Source: Promethearchaeota archaeon (lineage in GTDB: Archaea; Asgardarchaeota; Lokiarchaeia; Sigyniarchaeales; SOKP01). From it: a stretch of 64,000 nt of DNA. Numbering within the stretch: position 1 is the stretch's first letter; each line of letters opens with the position of its first letter. Location: NCBI GenBank assembly GCA_019058365.1, contig JAHPZE010000005.1:160001-224000 (forward strand), in the 5' to 3' direction. The notes under the pieces were generated by a model. It saw only the letters and a list, made by a program, of their open reading frames with translations, did no database searches and was not told the origin of the DNA. Shown here one piece after another: positions 50,015-60,149 of the stretch. Made by a program: the position numbers and the translations under genes.

Positions 50015-50203
50015 TTATTTAGTTAGTAATTTATCTAGAAATGCTATTTTTTTATCTATTTCGTGCTTAACCTTAGAAATATCATAATTCTCATATATAG
50101 TTTTTATAAGATTTTTTTGAATAGATTTTGAATTCTTGGATATATCTTGAACTAAATCCAAAAATTCTAAGTAATTGGTATCTATTCGAACTCTAGCTTC
50201 CAT
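50015..50203 (-). CDS. Small hypothetical protein
   Basis: 62-codon ORF with GTGAG upstream. Confidence 0.5.
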   Translation of the reverse strand: MEARVRIDTNYLEFLDLVQDISKNSKSIQKNLIKTIYENYDISKVKHEIDKKIAFLDKLLTK

Positions 50204-50330
50204 TATATCTCACTACTTACAAGATAATCAAAAAAGAATAAAAATGAAATGGGGTCCAATTTTTAGAATTAAACTTGAATTATAGAAAGCTATTAATTAA
50301 GATATTAATAAAGATAGATTTTTTCGAATT

Positions 50331-51050
50331 TTATTTATGTCTTTTATTTTTACGTGGGGGTGATTTTGGTGGTTTTGGTGATGGGGGTGATGCAGGAGAC
50401 GCTGGTGGTGCTGGTGGTTTCCCAATTTCTTCGATTACTTGTTTCAAGGGCATTCCATAGGTAAAAACAAAATAAGGCTTTTCAACCTGGATACCGTTAA
50501 ATTCAATGTCTATTTTATTCAATTTATCAGCAAATTCTTTATAGAGCTGCATTGCCTTTTTAAATTGCTCTTTGTTAAAAAAGAACATAGTACTAAAACC
50601 ATCATCTTCCTGCATAAATTCTTTTAAATGTTCATATCCTTTCTTTTCTTTTTCAAGTTTTTCAAAGAATTTCTTGTAAAATTTAAGAATTCTAATAGCA
50701 GAGTTCAAATATGTCACGTAAAAATCAAACATATCTTTGTTTACTTCTTCTAAACTAGAGTCAGTGTTTTCAAGCATTTTTTGATATCCAGGTTTTAAAG
50801 AAAAAAATTTTTTCAAAATATTACCTCTTACTTTTTCCTCTCGGGAGACCTCAATTAGACCCGCTCCCATCAATTTTTCTAAATGATGATGGATAGTAGA
50901 TTTACTTCTACTCAGTATATCCGTTAGCTCAGTCAAACTCAATTCAGGATAAAGATTGAATAATGTAAAGATACGGAATCGAATTTCACTTTTTAAAACA
51001 TTGATAATTGAAGAATCATTACCATTGGATTTTTTATCATTAATAGTCAT
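50331..51050 (-). CDS. ArsR-like wHTH regulator with Pro-rich C-terminal tail
   Basis: RFRIFTL...LSLTELTDILSRSKSTIHHHLEKL..AGLI; tail PPAPPASPASPPSPKPPKSPPRK. Confidence 0.85.
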   Translation of the reverse strand: MTINDKKSNGNDSSIINVLKSEIRFRIFTLFNLYPELSLTELTDILSRSKSTIHHHLEKLMGAGLIEVSREEKVRGNILKKFFSLKPGYQKMLENTDSSLEEVNKDMFDFYVTYLNSAIRILKFYKKFFEKLEKEKKGYEHLKEFMQEDDGFSTMFFFNKEQFKKAMQLYKEFADKLNKIDIEFNGIQVEKPYFVFTYGMPLKQVIEEIGKPPAPPASPASPPSPKPPKSPPRKNKRHK

Positions 51051-51133
51051 TTTACTAAATATATATGTTTTATATTATTTATATTTTTCGAACATTAGAA
51101 AAATTTTGAAAAACGAAACATTTAAATATATTA

Positions 51134-51158
51134 CGTTCTATAATATTATTATAAAACG
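51134..51158. promoter_or_regulatory. Putative operator palindrome beside a TATA box
   Basis: CGTTCTATAAT-ATT-ATTATAAAACG (10/11 arms), after TTTAAATA at 51121. Confidence 0.45.
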
Positions 51159-51288
51159 AACGTTTGAAAAAAATGAAAAGAATCGAATAAAAAAATGGTG
51201 AAAAAAGAAATGAATACAAAAAAATTAGAAGGAAAAGAATTAATAATTATTAGAAATATGTATTTTGCTATAATTCATTAAATTTTTT

Positions 51289-51570
51289 TTATTTTTTTTT
51301 TAAATCGCTGTATTCCCCATCCATAATTCTTGCCATATATTGTCTCCCTTTTATTATCCACATGATCTTATGTCCTTCCCTTGCCTTCTTGCCCCATTCT
51401 GATTTTTTATTGCGGTTTTGTTCGATATATCGATATCCAAAAAGATCCACATATTTTACTCCACTTGAAAACTTTTTAATTAGATATTCAATCTCATCAA
51501 TTTCAACGCTTTTTTTACGTTCAAATATAGCCTTAAATATTTTCAATCCATTTTCTTTTAAATTTTCCAT
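51289..51570 (-). CDS. Small hypothetical protein
   Basis: YIEQN..KSEWGK.A..GHKIMW looks like a conserved small domain; GGGTGG upstream. Confidence 0.65.
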   Translation of the reverse strand: MENLKENGLKIFKAIFERKKSVEIDEIEYLIKKFSSGVKYVDLFGYRYIEQNRNKKSEWGKKAREGHKIMWIIKGRQYMARIMDGEYSDLKKK

Positions 51571-51923
51571 ATTTTTGACCCACCCTAAATAATTATCGTG
51601 TCTTGTACTATGATTTTTTCTTTCTATTCTTATCTTTCATAATTTCAATATATTGAAAATGAATTAGTGTTTTCTTCTATTTTCTGATCTCTAAAGTTTA
51701 ATTTCTTAACAAGTATTAACTTTTAAACGGTAATATTATTTATTGATTCAAAATATTAAGTATTTTTTAATATTATCTTTTAAATATTATTTTGTCTAAA
51801 AATTTAAATGTTTGTTAAGTTATGTTAAACCAAATGAAAAAAGAAAGAAGTAAAATTCTTAAAACGGATTGTTAAATTTCATCTAATTTTTCTTCAAAAA
51901 ATATCTTAAAACTGAAGTATTTT

Positions 51924-53297
51924 ATGGTTTATTTTGAGATTAATAGCTTAGGATTTAATTGTGGCAAAATTAAGGAAAAGTGTTCAAAATACCCTAAATT
52001 CTGTATGCCTTGCATTAAAAATAAATTAAAGCAATTAGGGTTTGAAATAGATTCTAATTTAAAAGTATTTGAAGTTGATTCTCACGAACGTCGCGCTAAA
52101 ATGAAACAAGAATTAATCTGGCGCAAATTTTTAGATGTTTTAAATATAAAACATGTTATAGTTATAGATAAAGAATCCGGGTTAACATTACTGAATTATC
52201 CGGTTTCGGGAGAAGAAATTAATGCAGATTTGTTGAGTGGATTCATTCAAGCAAATATAACATTCTCTGAGTCACACAAAGGTTCATATAAAAATTTAAA
52301 ATCAGTAAGATCTTATAATTTTTATGAATTTCAATACCAAAACTTCAATATTCTTTTGAGAGATGGAGAATTTATAAGACTCTGCTTAATGCTTGATAAC
52401 CAAGCCTCTGAAAATATGAGAAATCAAGTTTTACATTTCATCCCAGAATTTGAAGAAATATTCCAGCAAGAATTAATCAATTTTAGAACAGCTGGAATGT
52501 TTTATTTTAAAAATATGATTGATTACATTATTGATTCCTTTGAAATTAAATTAATTTTTCCCATGACTTTGACTCAATCGATCGCTCCAAATATTTTAGA
52601 TAGTATTAATCAAAATCAAATTCAAAACGCTACTTTTAATATTGCTAAGGATTTACTCGCTTCAAAATCATTCTTTTTTATAAACAATTTACTAAATCAA
52701 GTAAAGAAAATTGTTAACTTAGAGACGAATGTTATTTTATATGAGATATATCAATTATTAGAGAATAAGATCATAATTCCTACAAAATTAGAAGCAGCTG
52801 TGAGTAATTTGGAAATGCTTCAAGAAACTAAAGAAGAAAAAATTGCAAAGTATAAACCTATTTCGTCTATAATCATAACAGATTTAGATTTTGAAGAATT
52901 AAAAGAAAAAGTTGAAGATATGGATGAGAGTTCAGCAATTAATGTTATTATGGAACTAGTCAATAAAGGTAAAGCTGCTGAGAAGGCTCTAGCTTATCAA
53001 ATAGGAGAGAAGGAATATAAGAAAGCTCTATTTCTTGCAAGAGAATTTAATTTAAAAAGCGAAATTGACCGGATTTCAAACATGTTGCTGGAATTAAATA
53101 AACAAGTTAAACAAATAGAGCTAAACTTTAATATAAAAGCAGGAGAAAATGCTGAAAAAAGTGGTGATTACATTAATAGCATTCAGCGTTATCAAAAAGC
53201 ATTAAAAATACTCGAAGGTTTTTTAATATATAATATTTCTGATTCTCGAATTAAAAAATTGAAAAAAAAAATTATTAAACTCCGTGAAGCGATATAA
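51924..53297 (+). CDS. Cys-rich N-terminus, longin-like domain, wHTH and TPR/MIT-like C-terminus
   Basis: HVIVIDKESGLTLL..LLSGFIQANITFS (longin pattern); AENAEKSGDYINSIQRYQKAL-type helical repeats. Confidence 0.6.
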   Translation: MVYFEINSLGFNCGKIKEKCSKYPKFCMPCIKNKLKQLGFEIDSNLKVFEVDSHERRAKMKQELIWRKFLDVLNIKHVIVIDKESGLTLLNYPVSGEEINADLLSGFIQANITFSESHKGSYKNLKSVRSYNFYEFQYQNFNILLRDGEFIRLCLMLDNQASENMRNQVLHFIPEFEEIFQQELINFRTAGMFYFKNMIDYIIDSFEIKLIFPMTLTQSIAPNILDSINQNQIQNATFNIAKDLLASKSFFFINNLLNQVKKIVNLETNVILYEIYQLLENKIIIPTKLEAAVSNLEMLQETKEEKIAKYKPISSIIITDLDFEELKEKVEDMDESSAINVIMELVNKGKAAEKALAYQIGEKEYKKALFLAREFNLKSEIDRISNMLLELNKQVKQIELNFNIKAGENAEKSGDYINSIQRYQKALKILEGFLIYNISDSRIKKLKKKIIKLREAI

Positions 53298-53306
53298 CTA
53301 ATTAGA

Positions 53307-54443
53307 TTATTCTACATCCAATCTCACAACATCATGATGACAAACTGATAACGATGATTCAGAGGGAGCAATTAACCTCACATTATCTAAAACTTCCACA
53401 AAAGAAGAAAGAATTACCAAGTTCTCATTATTTCCAACTATCTGGACATCATCATGAAGTAGACAATTATCTGCTATTATAGCTTTTTCACATTTAACAT
53501 TTTCAGAGATGTAAGTCCCGTTATAAATTAACGTGTCTTTAATTTCTGTATTTGCTCCAATATACACATTATTTCCAATTATTGTATTTGGTCCGATTTG
53601 ACAATTTTTTCTTATAACAACATTTTCTCCAATAGCGACGGGTGGTTTTATCAAAACTTTACCCTCAACATCTAGATTCTTTCCAATTAGATTTTCATTT
53701 TTCGATTGTTGGTTTTTTAACAATTCATTCATTAATTGAATATTACCTTCCAATAATTCTTCTGGTTTGCCAATATCTCTCCAAACACCTGATATTGAAT
53801 AATAATGTAATTTATTTTCTCTCGCAAGATTTGGAAATACATTCCTTTCAATTGATACTTTCTTTTGAGGTTCAATATATTGAAATACCTCGGGTTCTAA
53901 AAGGTAAATGCCTGCATTGATATGCATCGGGATACATTTACCATCTGTGGGATTATATTCATTTTTTTCAAGAAATTGTAATATTTTGTTTGTATCTTCT
54001 TCTACAATTAAAACACCATATCTAGAGGGATCAGGAACAACTCTGCTTCCAATTAAGCCTACTCCTTTATGTTTTTCATGAGCTTTGATCATTTCTTTAA
54101 GATCAAAGTTTAATATAATATCTCCATTCAACATGAAGAAGTTTTCATCTTTTAGGTAGTCTTCAGCTAATTTTATAGCTCCAGCAGTTCCTAAAGGATT
54201 TTTCTCATCAGTATATTTTATATTTACTCCAAGTCTTTCTCCATTTTTAAAGTAATTCTTAAGCACATCAGACATTACACTGACAGCTAAGATTATTTCA
54301 TCAATCCCAACAGTTTTTAATAACAAGATTTGTCTTTCTATCACTGGTTTATTAACCACAGGTATCAAGCTCTTAGGGATAGTACAAGTTAAAGGACGTA
54401 AACGGGTTCCCCAGCCTCCAGATACAATTATTCCTTTTGTCAT
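53307..54443 (-). CDS. NDP-sugar pyrophosphorylase (mannose-1-phosphate guanylyltransferase-like)
   Basis: GGWGTRLRPLT..PK, PLGTAG, NGD, YG, EK, NAGIY, WRDIG; C-terminal hexapeptide repeats. Confidence 0.92.
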   Translation of the reverse strand: MTKGIIVSGGWGTRLRPLTCTIPKSLIPVVNKPVIERQILLLKTVGIDEIILAVSVMSDVLKNYFKNGERLGVNIKYTDEKNPLGTAGAIKLAEDYLKDENFFMLNGDIILNFDLKEMIKAHEKHKGVGLIGSRVVPDPSRYGVLIVEEDTNKILQFLEKNEYNPTDGKCIPMHINAGIYLLEPEVFQYIEPQKKVSIERNVFPNLARENKLHYYSISGVWRDIGKPEELLEGNIQLMNELLKNQQSKNENLIGKNLDVEGKVLIKPPVAIGENVVIRKNCQIGPNTIIGNNVYIGANTEIKDTLIYNGTYISENVKCEKAIIADNCLLHDDVQIVGNNENLVILSSFVEVLDNVRLIAPSESSLSVCHHDVVRLDVE

Positions 54444-54553
54444 TTCTATAATTTAGTGTGGATTTATAAAAATCTTGTTTTCTAATATATTTTTAAGGAA
54501 TTAACACAGAAATTAAAATTTATTTAATACTCATCTAAAGGAATAAAAGAAGT

Positions 54554-55846
54554 TTATAATTCAATTTGCTCGGGTCTTAGCCTTATTTCGTCTGGTTTTT
54601 TTTTCATTTCTTCTATTGATTCCTCATGAATAATTTTTTTAATATCAGTAAAATACCATGTTATAACAACGCTTACGGCTTGTAAATATAGAACAATAAT
54701 AAATAGAAGCCGAATTCCAAAAAACACTGCTAATGGACCAGATATTATCATTCCAAGGGGTGTAATAGCAGCAGCAATGCTAGTAACAATTGAAAATACT
54801 CTACCTTGAGTCTCTGGAGGTACTTTCGTTTGGAGTATTGTAAGAAACATGGTATTCGCTATAGGGATCATAGATGCATGAATCAATGATCCAATACCCA
54901 TCAATAGAAAATAGCCTTTTGGTGCAAGGGCTGTAATTAAATACCCACCTACTCCTATAAATACAGAATATAAAATTATTAATTCCTTATGTTTCCAATG
55001 TTTTCTAGTTGAAGCTATTATGGCACCAATAACAATACCAATCTGTAAAAATGCGCTAACAAGAGCAAAATCTAGTTCTCCTCCAGAGTGATCTATTAAA
55101 ACAAATAATGACATCTGGGTTGTAAAGGGCATATTTAAAAGGTTAATAACTGAAATGAATATAATTAAAATTAGAAAACTCCTCACAGATTTTAAGATAG
55201 TTAAACCATCCTTAAATTCCTTAAAATATGAAACTTTTTTAGTTTTTTCCGATTTTGACAAGATCGAGGGAATTTTAATTAATAATAATGGAATGATTGC
55301 TATAAAAAAAGTGAAAATGTCAACCCAAAGTATTTTTTCAATTTCAAAGAAAGCTAATAAGGTTGCTCCTACTATAGGACCAATTACCTGAATAACACCT
55401 GTGAATAAATAGTTAATAGCATTCATTCTACTTAGATGTTTCTTAGGGATCATTATTGGGATAATAGCATTCACGGTCGGGTAATGAATCGCTTGAAAAA
55501 CTCCCCGAAAAATATTCATAACCATTACAAGCCAGACATTTGCAATTCCAGTAAGAAAAAACAATATTATTAAAAAAGTTAGAAACGCTTGAAGGGAATC
55601 AGCTAATGCAATAACAATTTTTCTATTCCATCTATCGATAAACACTCCTACAATAGGTGGAATGATGACCATTGGAAGTGAACCTAAAAAAAATGCAATA
55701 GATACAGTTATCGGATTTAAGGTTTCTTCCGCAATCCACCAAATAATAACAAACCGAATAATAGAGGAGCCTAATATCGAAAATAATTGACCTCCCCAAA
55801 AAAATAAATATGCACGAAAGGTGTTTTCAGATGTGGTTGCATCCAT
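54554..55846 (-). CDS. MFS transporter (MefA/DHA3-like)
   Basis: GQLFSILGS, GVFIDRWNRK, QGRVFS; 12-TM pattern. Confidence 0.9.
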   Translation of the reverse strand: MDATTSENTFRAYLFFWGGQLFSILGSSIIRFVIIWWIAEETLNPITVSIAFFLGSLPMVIIPPIVGVFIDRWNRKIVIALADSLQAFLTFLIILFFLTGIANVWLVMVMNIFRGVFQAIHYPTVNAIIPIMIPKKHLSRMNAINYLFTGVIQVIGPIVGATLLAFFEIEKILWVDIFTFFIAIIPLLLIKIPSILSKSEKTKKVSYFKEFKDGLTILKSVRSFLILIIFISVINLLNMPFTTQMSLFVLIDHSGGELDFALVSAFLQIGIVIGAIIASTRKHWKHKELIILYSVFIGVGGYLITALAPKGYFLLMGIGSLIHASMIPIANTMFLTILQTKVPPETQGRVFSIVTSIAAAITPLGMIISGPLAVFFGIRLLFIIVLYLQAVSVVITWYFTDIKKIIHEESIEEMKKKPDEIRLRPEQIEL

Positions 55847-55942
55847 GAAATGTAAAATTAATCATTATTTCAAAAGGTTAGGAAATTAATAAAATAATTT
55901 TGGAGATTCAAGACTTCTAAAAAAAGTAAAAAAAAAAAAATT

Positions 55943-57709
55943 TTATTTTTTAAATAGTGGATCTGCTTCTTGAAGAGTACGTCTCTCGACTTTTCCCATG
56001 ATACTTTTAGGAATTTCGTCGATTATATCAATCATAGCGGGGCATTTCCATTTTGCCATATTCTTTTCAGTCCAAGCTATTAAATCTGTTCCTGTAATTT
56101 TGCCTTTGTACTCAGGTCTTAAAGCTACCCATGCTTTTGTGATTTCTCCTACTTTTCCTGCTGGATCGGGTAAACCCGCAACAGCTGCCTCAGAAACAGC
56201 CTCATGACTCATAAGTAAACTTTCAACTTCAGCGGGGAACACTGAATGACCCGCAACTTTAATTAATTGTTTCTTTCTATCCCTTATAGCAATTGTTCCA
56301 TCTTCATTCATAAATCCGATATCACCAGTTAGAAGCCATGTTCGACCATCCCATTTTTTCAATGTATCTGCTGTTTCTCCCGGTTGATTTAGATATCCTT
56401 TCATAACTTGAGGACCACAAACACATATTTCTCCAGTATTTTCTTCTCCATATTTTGATCCAGATGAGCCATTTGTTATTAATCCTTTCTCAAATTCGTC
56501 TGCATCAAAAATTCCCCAATCCGTACCTGTCAATGGCATCCCAATGGTTCCAACCGGGCTCTCACCGAATAGATTCCCGGCACTTACTACAGGACTAGCT
56601 TCTGAAAGCCCATATCCCTCCACAATTCTTCCTTGAGTATTTTCTTGGAAAGATTTTTGCACAGGAGCATGCAAAGGTCCAGCCCCTGAAATACAAAGTC
56701 TTAACTTACCCATTACATTCGGGAACTTTTTTAAATTTGGAAAATCTGCGATCCTCTTGAATAATATTTCAGCACCCGCATAAAAAAGACCTTTTGGAGC
56801 ATCAATATGCGTTATTTCTTTTAAAAATTCATCCGTAGGTGGAGGTCTTGGAAAAAGCATCATCCATCCTCCTAATCCTATGGCTACATTCATAACAGCT
56901 GTCATTGCAAATGAATGATACAATGGAATTGCCCCAATATCACCTACTCCAGGATCTTCACCACCTACCCATAGAACGCATTGAATTGCATTAGAAACTA
57001 AGTTGAAATGTGTTAAAACTGTTGCTTTAGGAACCCCTGTAGTTCCACCGGTCATAATAAACGTAGCTGTATGCTCAGTAGGATCAAAATCAACATTTGG
57101 CAGATCTACTTCAGTATTAAGAAGATCCATAAAATTTATTGCACTAGGAAAATCAACTTTTCCTGTGGGTATCTTTCCAACCATTTTCCCTAACTTCTTC
57201 TTCATTCCTGATAACCCCGAAGCTAAATCTGCGATATTTGTATAAATCACCATCTCAATATTAGTTCTACTAATAATTGGACGTGCTAATTCTCCATATA
57301 ATGCATCCAAGGTAATTAAAACCTTTGAGTTAGTCATTTTAAGTTGATGTAATACTTCTAGAGGTTTGTAGGTAGGATTTATTCCAGAGGCAATTGCTCC
57401 TAATTTTACGGTTGCATAAAAACAAATAACATATTGAAAACAATTTGGCATCAAAAATGCAACAACATCTCCTTTTTTCACTCCTAATTTATCTAAAGCT
57501 GTTGCTAAAGAATCAATGTACTTTCCTGCTTCCTCGTATGTCATCCAACTTTCGATGAACCACATCATCCTTTCATTAGCATATTTTTTTCTTTGCCTTT
57601 CGAAAAACTCTCCTAATGAAATTTTTTCAAACTTATGATTCTTTGGAGTTTTTGATGGCCAATACTTCTTAAACCATGCTTTATCTTCTTTAACTTGCCA
57701 TTCTGACAT
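55943..57709 (-). CDS. Long-chain fatty acid-CoA ligase
   Basis: MTGGTTGVPK, EGYGLSE, GPQVMKGY, TGDIG, DRKKQLI, PKSIMGK. Confidence 0.93.
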   Translation of the reverse strand: MSEWQVKEDKAWFKKYWPSKTPKNHKFEKISLGEFFERQRKKYANERMMWFIESWMTYEEAGKYIDSLATALDKLGVKKGDVVAFLMPNCFQYVICFYATVKLGAIASGINPTYKPLEVLHQLKMTNSKVLITLDALYGELARPIISRTNIEMVIYTNIADLASGLSGMKKKLGKMVGKIPTGKVDFPSAINFMDLLNTEVDLPNVDFDPTEHTATFIMTGGTTGVPKATVLTHFNLVSNAIQCVLWVGGEDPGVGDIGAIPLYHSFAMTAVMNVAIGLGGWMMLFPRPPPTDEFLKEITHIDAPKGLFYAGAEILFKRIADFPNLKKFPNVMGKLRLCISGAGPLHAPVQKSFQENTQGRIVEGYGLSEASPVVSAGNLFGESPVGTIGMPLTGTDWGIFDADEFEKGLITNGSSGSKYGEENTGEICVCGPQVMKGYLNQPGETADTLKKWDGRTWLLTGDIGFMNEDGTIAIRDRKKQLIKVAGHSVFPAEVESLLMSHEAVSEAAVAGLPDPAGKVGEITKAWVALRPEYKGKITGTDLIAWTEKNMAKWKCPAMIDIIDEIPKSIMGKVERRTLQEADPLFKK

Positions 57710-57844
57710 CTTTTTTCACTTATAATAGTTCTTATTGGATAAAAGTATATATTTTTATGTTTAAACATTAAGTAAAATTAGCTTAAATTTATAAAGTTTT
57801 TAAAAAATAACATTCATCAAGATAAATAGACACAGTTCATAGAA

Positions 57845-58624
57845 TTATGAAGTCGCTCGCAAATTTAATATACAATATAACTCTTTTAAACGTGAAATAG
57901 TCTTGAAAGGCATCATCCTTGAATATTGGTTAACTTTTTCTTTTACTTTTGCTTTCCTTTTTAAAATATAATCATTAACTATCATTCTTCTCTTCAAGCT
58001 TTCACGTTGAATTAATATAGGTTTTATTCCAATGTTTAAAGCTCCTTCAATATCTTCTTTACTATCTCCGATAAATATAACTTCTTGGGGTTTTAAATCA
58101 AGTTTTTCAAGAGTAATATCAAAAATCTGTGGCTCGGGTTTTTTATAACCAATTTCTCCTGAAATAGCTAAATATTTAAAATATTCTGTGAGCTGATATC
58201 TGGATAAAACTGAATATATAAAAGGAGGATGATCAAAATTAGTTATCAAGGCAAGATATTTCTGATTTCTTAAAATTCTTAATAAGGGAATCGCTTCTGA
58301 ATCAAGTTTTACGTACTTATGCCAAGAATTAACGCATTCATTAGCAATTTTTTTAATCTCATGTGTTTGAAGCTCCAATTTTAAATCCATTGCAAAATCC
58401 TTAATTCTACTCTCATATATTGTTAAGTTTTTATCCTTCTCTATGGGTTCTTCTCTTGTAAAAAAACCACTACATAGATTTGCAAAATCTTTTTTAGATA
58501 GTGTTAGACCATTCTTTTTCATGAGGATATAAAATGTTGATAACCAACTATTCCATGCTTTATTATTATTTTTAGGTATTAATATTGTACCATATAGATC
58601 AAAAAAAACCCCTTTTATCAACAT
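57845..58624 (-). CDS. HAD-superfamily hydrolase
   Basis: FDLYGT, ITN, KPEPQIF, IGDSKEDI. Confidence 0.92.
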   Translation of the reverse strand: MLIKGVFFDLYGTILIPKNNNKAWNSWLSTFYILMKKNGLTLSKKDFANLCSGFFTREEPIEKDKNLTIYESRIKDFAMDLKLELQTHEIKKIANECVNSWHKYVKLDSEAIPLLRILRNQKYLALITNFDHPPFIYSVLSRYQLTEYFKYLAISGEIGYKKPEPQIFDITLEKLDLKPQEVIFIGDSKEDIEGALNIGIKPILIQRESLKRRMIVNDYILKRKAKVKEKVNQYSRMMPFKTISRLKELYCILNLRATS

Positions 58625-58765
58625 AATTATTAACTTTAGTAATTCTTTTTAGTTCATTTAAGAAGTTTGTTTTTTAAAAGTATATTAAAATTATAATAAT
58701 AAAAGATAAATGATACTATTAATTCAAAATATTTAGATTTAGAAAAAATAACAATTATTGAAAAA

Positions 58766-59128
58766 ATGTTATGTATTCACGGTTTAGACGACACTAATTG
58801 CCCGACTTGTCGAATATTAAAATCCACTGTACCATTAAAGGGTATTAGTTTTAAAAAGACAAATTTTCTTAATATAAATAATTTACTTTCTAAAAAAAAT
58901 ATAAATCTTGAAAAGAAATTAAAAGATGAAATAACATCTAAAAAAGGCAGTTTACATCCTCCTAATCTTATTTTAAAACCCTTATTAATAAATCAAATCC
59001 CTAATTTTAGAAATGAATTTTTCTTAAAGAGATTTAAAGATCTCGATATATCCAAAGAAGATAAGTATGGAATTACTAAAAAAATGCATTTGGAAAACCC
59101 TGAACGAGAATTTGAGGAAGAAGACTAA
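58766..59128 (+). CDS. Hypothetical protein with N-terminal CxH...CxxC Zn motif
   Basis: CIHGLDDTNCPTC. Confidence 0.6.
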   Translation: MLCIHGLDDTNCPTCRILKSTVPLKGISFKKTNFLNINNLLSKKNINLEKKLKDEITSKKGSLHPPNLILKPLLINQIPNFRNEFFLKRFKDLDISKEDKYGITKKMHLENPEREFEEED

Positions 59129-59243
59129 ACGCTTCTCGAAAAATTATTATAACCTTTGATTCACTTCTTATTTATTACATTATTATTTTAAGGGATTATA
59201 TCATAATTATAAATTATAACTTCATCTACGAAATAATTAAATA

Positions 59244-59903
59244 GTGAAATTAATGACTCAAATGGAAATTACCTGGCTTGGTCATGCGGCTTTCAAAATT
59301 AAAACTCATAGCGGAAGAATTATTTATCTTGATCCTTACCAGATTAAAAAAGGAGAAGAGAAAGCAGATATAATTGTTTCTACACATTCTCATGGAGATC
59401 ATTTTGATTCGAGTAGTATACAAAGTCTTATGAAGGATAATACGATTGTCATAGGACCTGAGAGTATTGCTAGCAGCCTACAAAAATTTGATGGTACACC
59501 ATTGAAATTAGGACAATTGTTCGCCTATAAAGACCTTTCAATCGAGTTAGTTCCAGCATATAATATTAAGAAGCCTAACCATCCTAAACGTAATGAATGG
59601 GCAGGAATAATTGTAACATCAGAAGATAAAAGTGTATATCATGCTGGAGATACCGAACGAATCCCTGAAATGAAAGATTTAGCAAGTCGAAATATTACTG
59701 TAGCAATGATGCCCTGTGGTGGAACATATACAATGGATTTTGATGAAGCTACTGACTCTATAATAGATGTTAAACCTGAGATCGCAATCCCAATGCATAA
59801 TTGGGGCAAGGATTTAACTAAATTTAAAGAACTCGTAGAAAAGAAAGATCCAAGTATTAAAGTGGAGATTTTAGAAGAAGGCGGTGAACCTCTAAAAATT
59901 TAA
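59244..59903 (+). CDS. MBL-fold metallo-hydrolase
   Basis: WLGHAAF, DPY, THSHGDH, YHAGDT, IPMH. Confidence 0.92.
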   Translation: MKLMTQMEITWLGHAAFKIKTHSGRIIYLDPYQIKKGEEKADIIVSTHSHGDHFDSSSIQSLMKDNTIVIGPESIASSLQKFDGTPLKLGQLFAYKDLSIELVPAYNIKKPNHPKRNEWAGIIVTSEDKSVYHAGDTERIPEMKDLASRNITVAMMPCGGTYTMDFDEATDSIIDVKPEIAIPMHNWGKDLTKFKELVEKKDPSIKVEILEEGGEPLKI

Positions 59904-60149
59904 ATTTTATTTATTTTTATAATCTCTTTTATTATTTCTTTTTTTATTGAATTCTTTTAAATTGATCATACATACAACATTATGATATATAATAATTTAG
60001 TAGATCGTCAATAAACACATTTTTAAGGTGGATTTCCGATCTTAAGAAATTTCTTAAAAAAGATTTTATATTATAGGATTTTAAAACTAATATATTAAAT
60101 TCTTAATTTTCAATAAAATTTGCGAATATACATCAAAATGTGATGAAAA

